Of a stretch of DNA of 64,000 nt, positions 61,942 through 64,000 are shown one piece after another. Position numbers and translations under genes: made by a program. The notes beneath the pieces were generated by a model that did not search any database, was not told the origin of the DNA, and saw only the letters and a list, made by a program, of their open reading frames with translations. The stretch comes from Basidiobolus meristosporus CBS 931.73 (Eukaryota; Fungi; Basidiobolomycota), in the NCBI GenBank assembly GCA_002104905.1, contig MCFE01000266.1:43662-107661 (forward strand), read 5' to 3'. How positions within the stretch are numbered: position 1 is the stretch's first letter; every line of letters begins with the position of its first letter.

Positions 61942-63171
61942 TTAGGGGGGAGACAGTCACCAACAGGTGAAATCTTTATTTCAGTTGAAACAAAGAAGCC
62001 AGCGCTGCTGTTGTAGCTTTGATACAAGAGTGTGTAGCTGAGGGGAATTTGTAGGTAAGTTAATAAGAAGTGATGATAGTTCTTCAGTGCTCAAGACACT
62101 GTTCAGTGGGAAGGGGGGTAGCAAGAGAGGTAAGAATGACATGTGAACAACATTAATGAGGGGAATGTGATAAGGATTGATATTCATCATAAAGGGAGTG
62201 TGCTGCTGCAGATATTGCTGCCAAAGGTCTGTCAAGTACTTCAGGCAGGCCAGCTTGGGTTTTTCTGACTGCAGAATATAGTGAGCAAACTTCTTGACTT
62301 CAGGATCTCCAAGTATAGTTCTCCAGCAGGAGTCAGGTGTAGTGTGGTGTGTTCTCTTCCAGGCCTTAATCAGTGGGTTGTTGCAGTTGTGAAGTCTGAG
62401 GTATAATCTGGTTCTAAGGTAGAGAAGTCTGATCTTATAGGGCATAAACCCAAAAGCACCAAGAATAGCATGTCTGTAGGGGCATTCAGGCAAATGAGGC
62501 ACCAAGGAGGTAATGCACCATACTGCAAACTTGTCAAGCTTAGTGCAGTCTCTAGAAGTAAGAGAGAGAAGTGGTAAGCCAAATTTGAGGACAGGGAAGA
62601 CAAACTGCTTGAGTAGAAGGAGGCAGCTGGGAGCTGAAGTTGTAGGAGGAGTAACAGCCAGTAGCTTGTGGAGTGCCTGTCTTGCCAGGATAATTCTCTT
62701 CTTCAGGTGTGCTCCAGAGTCTAGTCCATTGGGAAGGAAAGGAAAGCCAAGATATGTAGCAGAAACCTGAGCAGGTAGAGTGGAGTTCTCCAAGTTGATG
62801 GGAGAGCCCAAAGGTACTGTCTTTGCAATGGAAAGCTGGAGATTATTCTTCTGCAGATACTGGTGGATGGTCTGGGAGTCTTGTTGCACTTTGGAGGAGG
62901 ATATTCTGATGTCATCAGCAAAGAGAGTAACCAGGCAGTCAGCTGAGAGTCTTGGGAGATCATTCAGGAAGATGGCAAACAGTATAGGACCAAGCACAGA
63001 GCCTTGAACCACTCCATTAGGAACTGAGAACACAGCTGATTGCTCACTTGGGTGCAGAATTCTTGCTTGTGGATCCAGAAACAGAGACCTGACAAGGAGG
63101 GTGAGAGAGGTACTGGAGAAGCATTGCAACTTGGACCAAAGCAGATTTCTGTCAACTGAATCAAAGGCCTT
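61942..63171 (-). mobile_element. 5'-truncated LINE, unit 2 (same truncation point; ~10 substitutions vs unit 1)
   Basis: Exact 1768-bp offset from unit 1; the frame reads through to 61981. Confidence 0.93.
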
Positions 63172-63188
63172 AGGGTTTAGGGTCAGGG

Positions 63189-63709
63189 GGGGGGAGGAAA
63201 GTCACCAAGTGGTGAAATCTTTATTTACTTATGACAAGTATCTAAAGAAGCCAAGTTAATCTGAAGTAATTCCTAGAAAGCTAGGTCTGAGAGATATCTT
63301 CCTGGTAAGCCAGGTCTGAGAGTTGAGAAGCTGAGTGGTACTATATTTCCTAGTTAGCTAGGTCTGAGAGAGGTTTCCTGGAAAGCCAGGCCTGAGAAGT
63401 GAGAATCTGAATATATCTGAGCTAAGTTATACTGGTTTGCGGTAGCTGAATTGTGGCCGGAATGGCCAGTAGACTAGGGGAACTGAGATGAATTTCTGAG
63501 CAATCACTGGCCAAATTTACTAGGCAAATGTGACCAATTAGCATTTCAAGGATTTCAGCCAATCAGAGCCTTTACTTTGCCCAATGGTTGATCAAGCCAT
63601 CTCCCAATGAGCACACATCAATTTATTGATCAAATTTTGTTGGATCCAGGATTTGAACCCACAACCATGGGTATGGAAGGGTTAGGGATAACCACAAGGC
63701 TAAGTGTTC
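63189..63709 (-). mobile_element. tRNA-derived SINE, copy 2 (no differences from copy 1 seen by eye)
   Basis: Same sequence as 61421-61941, shifted by 1768 bp. Confidence 0.8.
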
Positions 63710-63773
63710 TTAGGGGGGAGACAGTCACCAACAGGTGAAATCTTTATTTCAGTTGAAACAAAGAAGCCAGCGC
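63710..63773 (-). mobile_element. 64-bp 3' stub of the LINE, capped directly by the telomere
   Basis: TTAGGGGGGAGACAGTCACC...GAAGCCAGCGC|TTAGGG. Confidence 0.92.
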
Positions 63774-64000
63774 TTAGGGTTAGGGTTAGGGTTAGGGTTA
63801 GGGTTAGGGTTAGGGTTAGGTTAGGGTTAGGGTTAGGGTTAGGGTTAGGGTTAGGGTTAGGGTTAGGGTTAGGGTTAGGGTTAGGGTTAGGGTTAGGGTT
63901 AGGGTTAGGGTTAGGGTTAGGGTTAGGGTTAGGGTTAGGGTTAGGGTTAGGGTTAGGGTTAGGGTTAGGGTTAGGGTTAGGGTTAGGGTTAGGGTTAGGG
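63774..64000 (+). repeat. Telomere: (TTAGGG)n, 38 units including one TTAGG variant at ~63816
   Basis: 227 bp of G-strand repeat running to the end of the window. Confidence 0.99.

Noticed and set aside
60237-63129. Penelope-like (Athena/Coprina) identity for the telomeric RT, or telomerase itself
   Set aside because: The motifs KAFDSV, QGSVLGPILF and FADD are non-LTR/LINE type, not the PLE-type MGSP...YVDD; there are no TERT-specific motifs.

Overview
The last 64 kb of a eukaryotic chromosome arm. It is fungal by gene content and 50-100 nt introns; an early-diverging lineage is my inference only. It ends in a (TTAGGG)n telomere at 63774-64000. There are three domains. (1) 1-29.4 kb is a CpG-depleted nest of transposons: Ty1/copia remnants, two degenerate CACTA transposase copies, two solo-LTR families with 4-bp TSDs, and a PHIS/Pangu-type family with ANT TSDs. 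That family has one apparently intact two-ORF copy at 15942-19358, three damaged copies and two ~730-bp palindromic MITEs. (2) 29.4-58.5 kb is ordinary gene-rich DNA: questin-oxidase-like, SEN15-like, SSK1, dual-specificity phosphatase, PSP1-domain, SMP-30/gluconolactonase, PAB1, an amino-acid transporter and several small ORFs. (3) 58.8-64 kb is a very short subtelomere built by repeated break-and-heal events, and is the main discovery candidate. A LINE-type RT element and a tRNA-derived SINE are stacked head-to-tail with their 5' ends facing the telomere. They share a 3' stem-loop tail that ends in a telomere-complementary C-tract instead of poly(A), are joined by TTAGGG-like linkers, and form 1768-bp SINE+LINE units. 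All coordinates and alignments were read by eye, with no database searches.
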